Below are positions 14,265 through 30,250 of a DNA stretch of 64,000 bases, piece by piece (positions within the stretch are counted from its first letter, which is position 1; each line of letters starts with the position of its first letter). A program made the translations under genes and the position numbers. Origin of the DNA: Daphnia carinata (lineage: Eukaryota). The notes under the pieces were generated by a model, which was not told the origin of the DNA, did no database searches, and saw only the letters and a program-made list of their open reading frames with translations. The stretch covers positions 3,100,001 to 3,164,000 of the forward strand of contig NC_081331.1 of the NCBI RefSeq assembly GCF_022539665.2. The letters run 5' to 3'.

Positions 14265-15257
14265 ATGTTGTTCATGACATGGATTGCCAGAGTAGGGGAT
14301 GGTTTACCTCTTGCCGCATCAATTCCCGAAGATGAAGAGGTTTGTTTACATCTGTAACTGTTCTGTTTTGGTGTCATCAGCACAGATTATTTATAGAACA
14401 AAAAAAACTTTTAGTCTTACTATTTGGGCATATTAATTGAACTCTGCGTTTTCCAAAAACAAATATGGATGATGACACTGAATGCAAAAAGTTTTGCTAG
14501 TAATTACTGAGTAATTGAAATATGTTTTTTATAATTAACAAAAACCTGGATGAATCAGTCTGGGAGAGGAGTGCTGGATTACCAAAACCAGGCCAAGATG
14601 CTGTTCAGAAAAATGAATCAGCAGAGTCCTTCCAAATGCACGATTGAAACTGGGGCACATTTCTTCCAGTAAGCTGCAATTGTAAATAAAATCCACTGCA
14701 GTATATTAAACTATTTTTTCATGGCAATTTTAGTTATCTTATTGATCAAGATGTCTGCTACCTGGTTCTGTGTGAACAGAGCTATTCTAAAAAGCTTGCC
14801 TTCTCTTTTCTCGAAGATCTAGCTCAAGAGTTTAGTTCACTCTATGGAAAAAAGGTCCAGAGTGTGAATCGTCCATACAGTTTTATTGAGTTTGGTAATA
14901 TGCTGGCTTTTATCTCATTTTAAATAAATCTAATGAATGTCATTCAATTTGTTCATACCAGATACCTACATTCAGAAGGCAAGAAGATCGTTTATGGACT
15001 CTAGAACTAGACGTAACTTAACCGCCATCAACACAGAGCTTCAAGACGTTCAAAGGATTATGGTTCGCAACATCGACGATGTCCTACAACGAGGCAGTCT
15101 ACTTTCAGATCTGGATAATAAAGCACAGACGCTGTCACTCAGTTCGCAACGGTACAAGAAAGACGCCAGAAACTTGAACATGCAATCGACGTATGCAAAA
15201 ATTGGAGCCGCAGCCATCGTTTTGCTTGTTTTTGTCCTTTATTTTTGGGTCCTATGA
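14265..15257 (+). CDS. Sec22: Vesicle-trafficking longin R-SNARE Sec22, 4 exons
   Basis: [20 protein letters not shown]-terminus, [19 protein letters not shown] motif [23 protein letters not shown] and a C-terminal TM anchor. Exons are about 14265-14339, 14559-14668, 14733-14895 and 14962-15257. Confidence 0.96.
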
Positions 15258-15936
15258 TTTTGATGCCTAGCTTCGTCCCTCGTTTTTTGGTTCCAAGTCG
15301 CACGTGAAATATATCCCTAGCCCAACCAGAGGGTATCTATCTAGCCTTAGAAATGAGCTGTTTTTTTTCCTACTTGGGCTTCTGCACTGTTGGTACATGG
15401 CGATCTACCGAGATCATTTCTCGTTTATTATTTGCACGCATCAACGTGTGCCTTTAAAAAAAAAAAACGAAAGCCATGTTTGTACATGAAAAAACATCCA
15501 ACTCAATACATTTGTTATATGCCTTGAATGGAGAGAATCCCGTTGCTTTCAGCAATTCACACTGGTGAATGTTTGCAGTGTCATTGGCATAAAGCACCGA
15601 TTCATTGTGAGATATCTGCAACAGGCAAAGTGGACAGATTTCGAAGTAATATTGGAAAATATTCATGTGTAAACATTGGGATGGATTTAAAAGGTAATAC
15701 TCGTGTAAACTACTTTTTTTACGAATTGTTGAAATTATCACGAAATAAAATTAATGGAAATTCTTTTTTTCTTTTTCACACAAGTGAATTCTACAGGTTA
15801 TGTAATTGATAAGCAAGCGATGTATCGATCAAGAGGATCTGGGCGCTCACCACGACGACTCCCAGCGCCTAGCGACCAAACCGTGTTGAATCGTTATTGT
15901 CAATATTCATTCAAGAATTATCACCAGCGTTTGAAA

Positions 15937-18900
15937 ATGGGTCCTAAATTACTTCAAAAGGTACTTAAATTATTCGATTCACATTCTCTTTCGCATACTG
16001 CTTGTATTAAAGAGTTCTTTTCCTCTTTCGCCTACAGCGTATCAGTAATTTGCATCACAAGCTCCTCGTTAACAGAATTCGAGCTGCCGATGCAAAGCAA
16101 CATGAAGCGCAGGGAAAGGTAAATGAAAACATTTTTAATTTAGCAATAGAAACTATGTTCTACAACTTTTACAGAAACCAAATGATCGCCGTTGGGAAGC
16201 ACAACATTACACCTGGAACGTTGACGATGACGAGGCAAGAATGACTCGATTGTTATGATTTTACATGTACATCTTCTAACAGAAAGAAACTGTCCGGCAG
16301 GAAATTCCGGGAACAGTAAGAATCGTCCTGAGTGCAGCAGATCCGCAGAGAACAAAGAATCAGGTGGTGTACAGCATCCCTGATCGATGTTTCATCCCAC
16401 TGATTCCAGAAAATTCCTCGGTCGAACTCTTTGACCAAACGTCGTCATCGGTTTACGTCGAACAAACTAACGTTTCAGATGCTGCCTTTAACCCGGGTAA
16501 GAGGGATTACATTCACGTTTTGTAGTTCAACTATGTTGGTACAATTTTCTTACTATAACGAAATGCAGTTGCAGAAATTCGGCAGGAAGTGGATACTGGG
16601 ACATCGGACGCTGACGATACAGTCAGTGAAGCTTATGATGGCGATCGTTCGATCGACACAGCTGCTGCGCCAGGCACTGCTGGTGGCAATAATACGAGCA
16701 ATCAGGCGTTAGACAGTAGCCGAAGTGATCATGGAGCAATGACGGAAAGAGAAGAAGATCCATTGGAATTACTGACTGGAGCTAAATCGCTAGTTAAACG
16801 TAAAGGAGCAAAAGGAATCAATCATTTCAGCTACTGCGATCGTGCCACACAGACAACTGTTCCACCCATAAGAGTAAGAATAATCAAGCGTTTAAACATA
16901 ATTCAAAGTACAAAAATAATTCCTTTTCAATTTCACGTAGTCGCACGCGATTCAAACGGAAGCTCCTCCACGTGTCTCTTTTACTGCACTCACGAATGCA
17001 TGGATTATTCACGACGCGTATCGTCAAGATCTTGCTGCACAGCAGCAGAAGACTCATCAACAAGCATTAATTAATAATGCTGTAGAGGCCGTCAATAAAG
17101 GTGTACCATCCACCACTTCCTCTTCCACAGTTCCAATAGGTTCTGCTCCGGATATATCTGTAACCGTCACTGCCCCATCAGCAGCACCGCCAGTTATTTT
17201 TCAACCGACCGGTGAAACAGCATTGAGTCCAGCGGGTATCTCTCGTCTCGACGCAACCGCTCACGTTATTGAACGAATGCTGAACCAAAATACCTATGAC
17301 GATATCGCCCAGGGTAAGTTCTTGTAATTCCAATCAACTGCCCAACTATACGTAATGTTTTCTGACGTACAGATTTCAAGTATTGGGAAGACGCAGCAGA
17401 TGAATATCGCGAACCAGAAGGAACTCTTATGCCTCTATGGCGTTTCACTCCTCCAGCCGCACTTTTGCGAATGTTTGAAGAGAACGGTTCGATGCGTAAC
17501 GCAGTACCTAGTCACATCACCGCAATTTGTTGGAATCCACATTACAAGGATCTCTTTGCCATCGGTCTTGGTTCTCGTACGTAAACTATAGTTGTTGCAG
17601 CGTGCTTGTTTCGCTTCATGCTCCCTCGCTTTTTCAAAGGAGACAATATGACAGCAGAATCGGGATTGGTTTGCATATTTTCGCTTAAAAGTCCCACTCA
17701 TCCGGAACGCTCTGTTCAACTGCAAGCAGGCGTTTCTAGCTTGGATTTTCATCCGGAATTCTGGCAGCTGTTGGCTGTCGGCATGCACGATGGTCACGTG
17801 GCAGTTGTTGATTTGACAGTGCGGAAGGATCTCGAAACTTTTTCTATTACCAATTTAATTACCTATCGAAGTTCAGCAATGAGAGGGAAACGGACTGTCC
17901 CGATTACTCAGGTGAACCATTCAACTTGATGTCTAGAAAATGTTGATGAATATAAAGGCCTGTTTTGCCTTTTATATTCTGCATGGGTGATTCATTGCAT
18001 AGGTGAGCTGGCACGGTGACATGAGTGACGGGTAAAATCATCTAAAATGACAATGAGGGATTTCTTTTACTTAATTAAATTCTTTGAATATTTATAGCAA
18101 TTTACGATTGTTTTCCATCTCGATGGATGGCTGCCTTTGCTTATGGCTCTTCGTGCAGGGTGAACTTTATCCCACAGAATTAATTACATTGCCGTTCCAA
18201 GGCGATAACCGATTGCAAGATAACAACTTGGGTGGAATGGCCTTGACAGGTAATTCCGTTTCCGCCTGAAATTACGTAATCGTTTTTATAACTAACGGAC
18301 ACGATGTGTAGCTTCTTGCAGTTGCATGGCTATACATCCAAACCACACAATGGTTTTGGTTGGAACGGATCAAGGCCAGTTGTGGCCGGTTAGCAACGAA
18401 GGCGAAATTCTCAACTGGGGACCTGTGAACGCTCACCAAGGTCCCATTTACACGGTGCAGTGGAATCCATTTCACCATCAGGTTTTTATTACCTGCGGTA
18501 CCGACTGGTTAGTTAAAATATGGGACCAGCGGGAGAAGTGAGTTATTTTAAATCGAGGTTTCTATATAGTATGAGTAGAATTAACATATGATTTCCGTTT
18601 CACGCTTGAAATGAACGCAGGGAAGCGCTGGTGGTGATCACTTTGGGATCGTTCGTTGAACACTGTGCTTTCTCTCCGTTTAGCTCGACAGCTTTTGCTT
18701 GCATGTCGAGCAACGGGAAAGTGCTCATCTACGATTTGAACATTTGCCTGCACAAACCTTTGTGTAGCCAGCGAATCACTCCGCAGAGGAGGGCACAGCC
18801 AACGACATTGAGCTTCGCACCTTTCCATCCGGTCATTTTGGTTGGCGATGACAAGTAAACTATGTTGTAATACATTGATAATTGAATTTACTTATACGAA

Positions 18901-19047
18901 AATATCGTTTTTTATTCAAGGGGTCACGTGACGTGTCTCAAATTGTCCCCTAACCTCAGGAAAATTAGCCGAGTTCCCGAGAGTTCCCGCGCTATCGAAG
19001 TCGAAATGGATAAGCTCGAACGCGTCATTACCTTAATGAAAAGATAG
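15937..19047 (+). CDS. DNAI1: Dynein axonemal intermediate chain 1-like (WD40), multi-exon
   Basis: Diagnostic [40 protein letters not shown] and [14 protein letters not shown] repeats include [32 protein letters not shown], followed by [23 protein letters not shown] and TAG at 19045-19047. The start exon is less certain. Confidence 0.85.
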
Positions 19048-19221
19048 TTTTGCATTTTTTCTTTTAATTTCGCTGTACCGTCGAAAAAAAAATCTTTTGT
19101 TCAAGTTAATTTTGCAATACACTACCACCAACTATATTTCGTATATTTTGCCATTGATTCAGTAGAATTGATTTCCAGAGCAATGCCACTGTGCATCAAT
19201 TAACGTAATACAGTGATGTCT

Positions 19222-21131
19222 TCAGTAATGAGCTGTTGGGAATACAGCACGCTTAGAAACAGCACACATGTTCGCACCCCGTTCGAGGTAAATGTAGCCG
19301 TCTGTGAAACAATGAGATTCATCCACAAAATCTTACACATGAAAAATTGTTGCTCATTATTTACCTTGGCCCCACTCTGGTCCCCATGAATTACGTACCT
19401 ATTGGAAGGGTGAATCACATTAGTCGCATGATATGATAATAAATTAAATTGAAGTATTACAATCCAGTAAGGTTTATTGGAATTTTCATCCTTTCCGTAA
19501 CCCACTATGACGACAGCATGGTTGGTACTGGTCTACAAACAGAACAGGTAATTAGATTTTTAATCAAAATAAACATATGGAATCGATGTTTCCTTAATCC
19601 TTACATTCGAACACGCAGCGGATGAGAACACTCCAGAGCTTTCCGGGAATTAAATAATTCAAAATGACGCTCCTATAATTTTTAAAATATGTTTTTCTAA
19701 CTTCTTACCTGTAAAATTCCCAGTTGGTGGCGTCAATCGACACAGCCAAAGGGCCTTCAAATTAACGTCAATACATCATACCTGCCTTAATCAATTTCTA
19801 AGAAAAATCTTATGGTAATTACCATAGTTTGCAACGACAGCCTTCATAGCTTCCTCGTCGTTACTCCTAGTTGCATACGACCAACTGGTGACGTTGCCCC
19901 CGTAATTGCTTGCAGAATACTCGCACAAGGTTTCCTTTTTAATTTTTTTTTAGTTCAACAAACAAAAAGTAATTCAATTTCGTGGAAATTTAGAGTCATT
20001 TCCGTATCCATACTTCGCCTTGGTAGGGATAAGCCTCTTCGGTATTGATGCCGATATCCTTTACATAATTCCAAGCGCGCAGGGCCAAACCTGTTGTAAA
20101 TAACATAATAACGATATCCAGTAATAGTAAAGTAGCATCGGTTATATTAGGTATTTTCTAGAAAATTAAATCATACCTCCGTTGCAGCCGGCATTACCAT
20201 ATTTCTGACTACAGTCGACGATGTTCTCCTCACTTTATAGAAGGCAATTAGAAAACCCGTGCAACTAGTATTTCTACGCACCACAGACTTACCTCAAGGT
20301 AACCAATTTCCCTGTTTTCTGACAGCGCTGGAATTCTATTGGAGTCGTGGCAGCGAAAGAATAACACGAACCACAGCCACCTTGAAATTATATCCTCATT
20401 ATTAACCCCTCAAGACGAACGCATTTCGTAACCTATAGATCTTTAAAACTACTGACTGGGCATAGAAAAATACGCAGCTAGAGGCAGATGGAATAGACAC
20501 TGAAATTGTTAACTATGAAGCGCAAAGTTATACAACACAATTAGAATCGTAACTGCCTCCAGTGAAATTTAGATCTTCAGAGGCATTGAGAAAGACGATG
20601 AATTACCTTGATATTTAACCTTTGGCATGCATGGATTTTTTCTCAAATCAACAGCGTCGGGAACAGATTGTCGAAGTATATCAGTGCTGACGACAGGTCC
20701 AGGAATTTCATTGTCCGTATCGATTTCTCCTTTCAGTTGTTCAAGTTCAGCCTCCGACTGTGAAATATACACGTTACGTAAAAAGGTTACTTACATGAGA
20801 GAAGCAATGCCTACCCAATCGGTGAATTGATTTGCTTGTAGCGTGTAGCTTGATTTCCCCATTTGATTATGCTTCTTGATTTGCCTGTTGTGTTGCACGA
20901 ATCTATTTTTACGAATTCTTTCACGATCTTTATTCTTAAATTTCTTCTTGTGCTTAGCCTGTACATGAAAAACAGTAAGTTAAGATGGTCAAATTGCTAT
21001 TAAAAAAAAAAAACCTTAAAGCGCTCCCAATCAGCATCGTCGGTGGAATCTCGATTTTCGTCATCCTGAAGAAAATCTTGGGCTACGGCAACAGCCAAAG
21101 TGGCAAATAAAACGAGTACTTGTAGCTTCAT
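19222..21131 (-). CDS. Papain-family (C1A) cathepsin L-like cysteine protease with signal peptide and I29 prodomain, about 12 exons
   Basis: Signal peptide MKLQVLVLFATLAVAVA and an ERFNIN-like propeptide. Catalytic motifs are QGGCGSCY (Cys), NHAVVIVGYG (His) and YWIVRNSWG (Asn); GCNGG is also present. Confidence 0.9.
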
Positions 21132-21890
21132 GACAGGATTCGTTCTGATGAGCTTTGAGTACGGCGCTGTTGAAAATAGGTAGCCTTATTATCGCGACAA
21201 GTTCGATTAAGACTTGCTACTAATGCCTGGGATTCACTTTATGTTTAATCAGCTGCTATAACATGGTTTTGCTGTCCTTCTGGGTATGCTATAGAGTAGA
21301 CGCATTCAATTTACAGGTTCGTCAACACATCTGTTTCAGATATATCTGTACACCTGTAGCCTAATTAATATGCAATGGGTAACCGTCTGTGCTAGGTATT
21401 TTAAACGTACGGTGTTATATGTAACAATTATTATGGCTAATGATTGGCAGCTTTCCAAATCGTCCCAATTCACGAAATGAATGATCACAGACAATATGAA
21501 AGTTGCTGGTATATGTAGCTAAAGAGGAAACAACTTTTGGCCTCGAATGCCTGTGTGATGACATTTTACTTGAAAACTTCCTGAGTTCTCTAATTACATC
21601 AACTAAAAAAAGAAAAATATTGGGTAGAAAAAAACAAAACAAAACGAGTTAACTACAGCTAGCGCTTTTATGCAATACGGGGAATACCTGGTATGACCTT
21701 GCTGCAGCGTTTGCTACCTCGAGTAGACTTCAACCTCGTTAAACTGTTTTCCTTATCCGCTCAGTTGTCTAGCACATTATAAAAACCACAATGAACTGTC
21801 GAAACTTGCCTCATTGTGGTGCGTAGCCTTGCAGCGTCCAACAGCTCGGGCAAGGTGCAGTAAAAGAAAAAAGCAAATCACTAAAGAACT

Positions 21891-23335
21891 ATGTTGAAAG
21901 GAAGACAACGTTTTTTTGCTCGTATCCTTACGTGCCTAATGATTTCGGTTTCGCTGTTTGGATTAGGCATATACCTAGCTCCTATAAAACCACAATATCG
22001 TTTAGCGCCATTCCAGCTGAGTGCTAAGAATGCAACTGCATTCATTTCCAACGATGAAAAGCAGAGTATAGCATCCATCAGAACTTCTTTAAATCCACGT
22101 ATAACTTACCCGTGGAAGGGTGACCCGTCTTGTCAACACATCACCATACAGGTAAGTGATATCCCTAGTCATCGGTGCCTTGTCTTTGACAGTCAAAAGT
22201 GCGTGAAAGCAAATGACATCTCATCTATATCCCTATTTTAGATGGCACAACGAGATAGTTTACCGAAATGGGCATTAACATCATTTCCCGGCAGTGGAGT
22301 CACTTGGCTTCGGCAGATGATTGAAAGCTTGACTGGAATCTACACGGGTAGTGTCCATAAAGGAGATCCACTTCCTTTCAGAGACAACAGTGATTTAATT
22401 CATTATTTTTCTAATCATTTTTAAAAAATTAAAATTGATGTTTTAAAACGAAATTAAAGATAAAAACTACATGGGTATTACCGATAATCCATTTTGTGGG
22501 TGCACAATCATCGACAAAGATCACGAAGCCACGGCTGGAGTTTATAAACGAAAATATTATCTGCAGCTTTTGCAGGTAAAAAATTTTCTTAGCAAGACAG
22601 TAGGAAATGTATTTCCTATTCAATGGTGAAAGGAGAATATGTGAGGGTAGCATTGTGATCCCATCACATCTCGTTTCTTAAATGTTTAAATGGAAGGAAT
22701 TAATGAAGAGAGAATCAATCTGAAATCAGGATTATTCAAACATAATCAACACAACTTACAATTACCGAGGAATTTTACTGTTACGGAATCCAATGGACGT
22801 AGTATTTGCTCACCAGAACCATTTGCTGGTTGGGAAATTTGACGTAGCCCCAGTGAACGCATTTCGCGGACCGGTATGGGACGAACTGGTAGATGCGGTG
22901 GCATTTGCCTGGTCAGATCACGCAATACGTTGGATAGAACAGATGAAGCAGGGCACGGCCATATTCTACGAACATTTTCTTGGTGACAACGCACAGCATG
23001 AACTAGAGCGTTTATTAGATGCCATGAACTACAACCCTCAGCTTTTAGATCCGGAGCGGATGAGATGTCTTTTGGCTCATCGAAATCAAAGCGAATATAA
23101 GCGGAGCAACAAAACAAGGTGTTTTTTTTTAACCCTAGAAGTTTAATTTTAACATGTGTTCATTCGCTGTTGTCGATCATTTTGTATTGCTTAAAGATTT
23201 GTACTTGAAGAACATCATCGTCAAATGCTGTTACAATCAATCCACGCCGTGCAGCGTAGCTTGCGCCAACGGAAATGGCCACAACTTCCTGTTTCCTTAT
23301 ACGATATGCACTTACCTGCAGAGGAGAAATTTTAG
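21891..23335 (+). CDS. WSCD-family sulfotransferase-like type II membrane protein, paralog A
   Basis: N-terminal signal-anchor. [28 protein letters not shown] resembles the PAPS-binding loop of WSCD proteins, and DKDHEA and ILLLRNPMD follow. Five exons splice in frame to TAG 23333-23335. Confidence 0.8.
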
Positions 23336-23765
23336 AAGCCGCGCGTGAATGGAAAACTGTTTTTCACCTGAGTTGTCGATAAAAACAAACTTGTACTTCA
23401 ATTTTGCATAAAAAATAAAAATTTATGTAAATGTTAATTAATATATAATATTTCATGTTATTTATTGACTTTGCCAAACCACACATTCGCCACACCTACT
23501 TCAAATGTCTATATTTGAATAGTAGGTGGCTTAACCAGTAGACTTAACGAAAAAAAAACCTTGGACATTCAACCGACCAGCCCTGTGTAATTGGCTGGAA
23601 GACTGTGCCTAGAGGAGTTAAACAATTCAAGAGCCGTTAGCAAGTGCGCACAGCTAGTTTTATACAGTTTTCCAACAAGAGAAGAAGCTACGATATCTCG
23701 CTTCCAAAAACGTAGTAGTCAACATTTTTTTTAGAAGAATCGTGAGTGCAAAAGAAAGATTAAAG

Positions 23766-25234
23766 ATGTTGCGTAAAAGAACTTTTTATCAACGTGTCTT
23801 CGTTATCGGAACATTGGCAATTTGTGTCTACACGTTTCGTTTTCTAATAGCAAAAAACCTTTCGACAATTTCCGATAACCAAAACTTACCTTTAACAACT
23901 GTTACGTTGACCTCTAAGATATTTATTGAGTCCCTTGCAAACAGTATCAAACAAGTTCGCCTTCAAGCAAACAAGCATGATAAACTTGTGAGCTATCCGT
24001 GGAAGGATGACCCAACTTGCAAAAAATTTACCGTCCAGGTAAGGAAATAGATTTTATTTGGCGTCATTTCTAGTGCGTACGCAATTGAGTAGAAACCATA
24101 ACGCAAAAATGTGCCAATGATTTTCTAAGGCATTTAATACTATAATCTAGCTGGCAGAGAGAGATAGCCTTCCCAAATGGGCTTTGACATCATTTCCCGG
24201 AAGCGGTGTTACCTGGACGAGACAGATGATTGAAGGTATTACAGGTATTTACACAGGCTCAATTCATGAACAGGATCCACCTCCAGTTCAATTAGAAGGT
24301 ATGCGACTTTTTTTAAAACTCTTTTCGAGTTGCTAAAGAACGTGTTTTACGATAGCTTCATTGCAGAACTTAACATATCCTTTGAATTGATCTTATACAG
24401 GCGTAGGCTTTGATCAACTCGGTATTAGAGACGATCCCTTTTGTGGATGCACTATAATTGACAAAGATCATGAAGCAACAATCACGGTAGATGGAATGGT
24501 GGATTATTTTCGGCTACTTTATATCGAGGTCATTACACACATTCTTTTTTAAACCCAAGCCTTCAACGATTGCTGTGCGTTCATAGTATATGTTGGTTCT
24601 TAATTTAGATATTAATCCGAATTTTAGGGCTATTCGGATATACTTCGAAAGGTATATGACTACCGAGGCGTTCTTCTACTGCGAAACCCGATGGATGTTG
24701 TTTTCACGTACCGGCATTGGCAGCTAGCAGGGAAAGTAGGGACAGCACCACAAGAAGCTTTCCAGGGACCACAATGGAAGAAAGTCGTAGAATTCGTTGC
24801 CTACGCTTGGGCAGACCATGCCATCCGCTGGATAGAGCAAATCGAGAAGGGAACTGTCATATTTTACGAGCAGCTACTTGGTCGCAACGCATCGACAGAA
24901 TTGGAGCGACTTTTTGACGCTATGGATTTCAAGCCTAGTCCGCTCGATACGGAGCGAATGCGATGCACGCTGGATCACAGAGATCGCACCGACCATAAGA
25001 GGTTGAACAAGAGTTGGTAAGAGAGTCACACCATAATACGTGTGCCATTTTAAAATAACAAATCTTTTAAAATATTCATTGTGTCCATGTAGGATACCGT
25101 TGGAGGAAGAGCAAAGGCTATTATTTATAGAATCAATCCATCGAGTCCAGCAAAGTCTACGAAGGCGAAAGTGGCCTCAGCTTCCTGTTCATCTGTATGA
25201 CCTTCATGGCCTTTACAATCAAACCATCCTTTGA
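23766..25234 (+). CDS. WSCD-family sulfotransferase-like type II membrane protein, paralog B
   Basis: Same exon structure and motifs as paralog A ([73 protein letters not shown]). Confidence 0.8.
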
Positions 25235-25831
25235 TTTCTTAGGAATTCTTTATATGAGAATTGCAGACTTCCGTGTGCCGAGGTTATTTGACAGACCCAA
25301 ACCAAGTATAGGTTTGCTGATTACATGTATTTTCTACCAATCCATCAGAGATATCTGCTTACAACTGCACCTGTGATTATAATTCGATATAGGTTTTGTA
25401 CCTCCGGCTATTCTTTTGATCTGGATTCAGAATGGTTGTAGGCTTCCAAAAATCGTGGCATTTCATACTTGATATACCTTGCGGTGAACCACTACTTACT
25501 TTTAACAAGTTGGCTTCAATTGTATTAAACAGGAAGGGTAATTCCTTCGGTAAATATCGAATTCATCGACGAGGGCGATTAAAATTGAAGCTTCTCTGCT
25601 ACGTTTCACGTTATCTACGGCTGTCTTTTTTAAGAAAATGTGTGCCCATCTCCATGAAAGAAGAAGGAAATACAAAAAAAAAATATAATTTGTAATGAGA
25701 TCCATTAGTCAAAAATATCATCCCAAAGATTACTCAAATACAATGTGTTGTACGATGGGTTTTACAATAGAGTTTTACAATAGTTTAAGATCATTGCTCT
25801 CCGGAAGAATCGGACAAGAGTTTAGGAGTGT

Positions 25832-26512
25832 TTAAAAATGTGGCAAACATACTTTCCCAGCAAACAGTTCAGAAATGACTGTAATCCATAATGCAAGAAC
25901 AAAAAATATGTAAGAAAGTCCAACTTGGAAACTATTTGGCAGCTGATATGGTTCTCCTCCAATTTCAGACATAGAAAATCCAAGGGGAAAGATAACAGCG
26001 GCTAGGCAGAATAAAACCACTGCATAGGAAAAAAAATAAATAGATAAATAAAATAGTTAAAACAAAATTGAACAAGAATTTCTGTTACTTGCAGCAAATC
26101 CAACCCATCTTGCATATGGTACAACATTGTAATCCCAATGGCTTGAGATTAGTAATACAACAGTTGTTGTTATGCACACACAGCCAATAAAGATGCACAC
26201 AAGTGCCATCATCCACTCAGGAGTGAGATCAGGAGAGAAGCATACTTTTGGCCGATTATATAGAGTGGTACAAGTCCACATCAATCCCAAAGAAGTTTCT
26301 CCTGATGGTATATCCATCATCCATTGCATATTTTACAATAAAGAGTTTCTGAAGTTAGCCATTATACAAAACAAGAAATTCTTTTAATTTAATAATGGTA
26401 TGCTCATACCTCCTACGTCTGTTACAATCCAAAATGGTAGGGCAAGTGCAACAATGGCAAATATATCGGCTGTAAGAAATAATGCCCCGGAAATTAATGT
26501 TAACTTTTCCAT
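25832..26512 (-). CDS. MOSMO: Modulator of smoothened (C16orf52-like) tetraspan protein, 3 exons
   Basis: MEKLTLISGALFLTADIFAIVALALPFWI N-terminus, GLMWTC, MVLFCLAAVIFPLGF..EIGGEPYQLPN..VGLSYIFFVLA..ELFAGKVCLPHF. Confidence 0.88.
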
Positions 26513-27126
26513 TTTTTTTCCGCAGTAATAAGGTTATTTTTTTATATCCAGCCAAATGTGAAACCTTATTGACATTGGGCAAAATTTGAACTGCAATGTC
26601 CAAACTTAACCAAATGTCAAACTTGCTCTAAAACAACAAAATGTATAACAGCAAGAGCAAGGCAGAGTGCAGACGAAAAAAATATTGCCTTCGGCAGCCG
26701 AGCCTCCTCAGGTTCTAGGGAAGTGTGAACTCGTAGTCGTAGAATCGTAGTCGGTAGTCGCATCTCAGTCCTTGCATTCGCACACGCAAATTTATAATCA
26801 ATTAAAATATTCTGTAGATTATTATACGGCACCATTTAGAGCAAACATTTGAGTTTCAATATATTAGCTGTAATTTCCGAAAACCAAAAATCAACTGTTA
26901 TTTTTTTGTGGTTTCAAAAACTTTGAAAATAAAAGAAATTTGGCAACCCGTTGTGAAATGTAGTACAATTATATTCGCGGCTGATTGTTGTTTGGGGTCC
27001 ACCGATAAAACAAAAATTAATGGTTTTTTTTAAACTGTCATTTTGTGTTTTAGTTTTAGTCGATTTTATCTCGACAAACTTAGCCTGTATGTGAAGGAAG
27101 TTTTGGGTTACATAATAACAAACGTC

Positions 27127-29858
<2,732 letters not shown>

Positions 29859-30250
29859 CTGGTTAGTTTCCAGAATATGGATTGCCAATTATTTTTTCTC
29901 GCATTGGGTCATGTTTATGAAGTTAACGATTTTTTTTCTTGCAATTGATCATGTATCGGTCGCGCTCATTATGTATTTCTCTCATTTATCGTACATCCGC
30001 TATTAGTCTTCATTTTTTGGAAATACAGATGATTTTGAATTAATTCGAATATATGAATATTTATTATCTTTATTTATGGTCGTTCCTTTTCTCGCAGCTA
30101 TGACATGTTATTGATGAGTGTCACGCAAACAATCCATGTTTCATCAATGCATGTGTTTATATCCCCTATGCAACTTAAATGCATTAAGCACTGTTCAGTT
30201 ATCAGAATTTTTACATTTTCGACTGAAGGTAAATTTGGAAGACAAGGAAG

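Noticed and set aside
14371..14510. 9-bp inverted repeat and ATGATGA...CTGA in Sec22 intron 1
   Set aside because: The C-to-D spacing of about 40 nt is too short for a snoRNA, and a 9-bp repeat is expected by chance.
15820..15880. Possible RFX X-box upstream of DNAI1
   Set aside because: Only degenerate half-sites (e.g. CCTAGCGAC) are present; the match is too weak to call.
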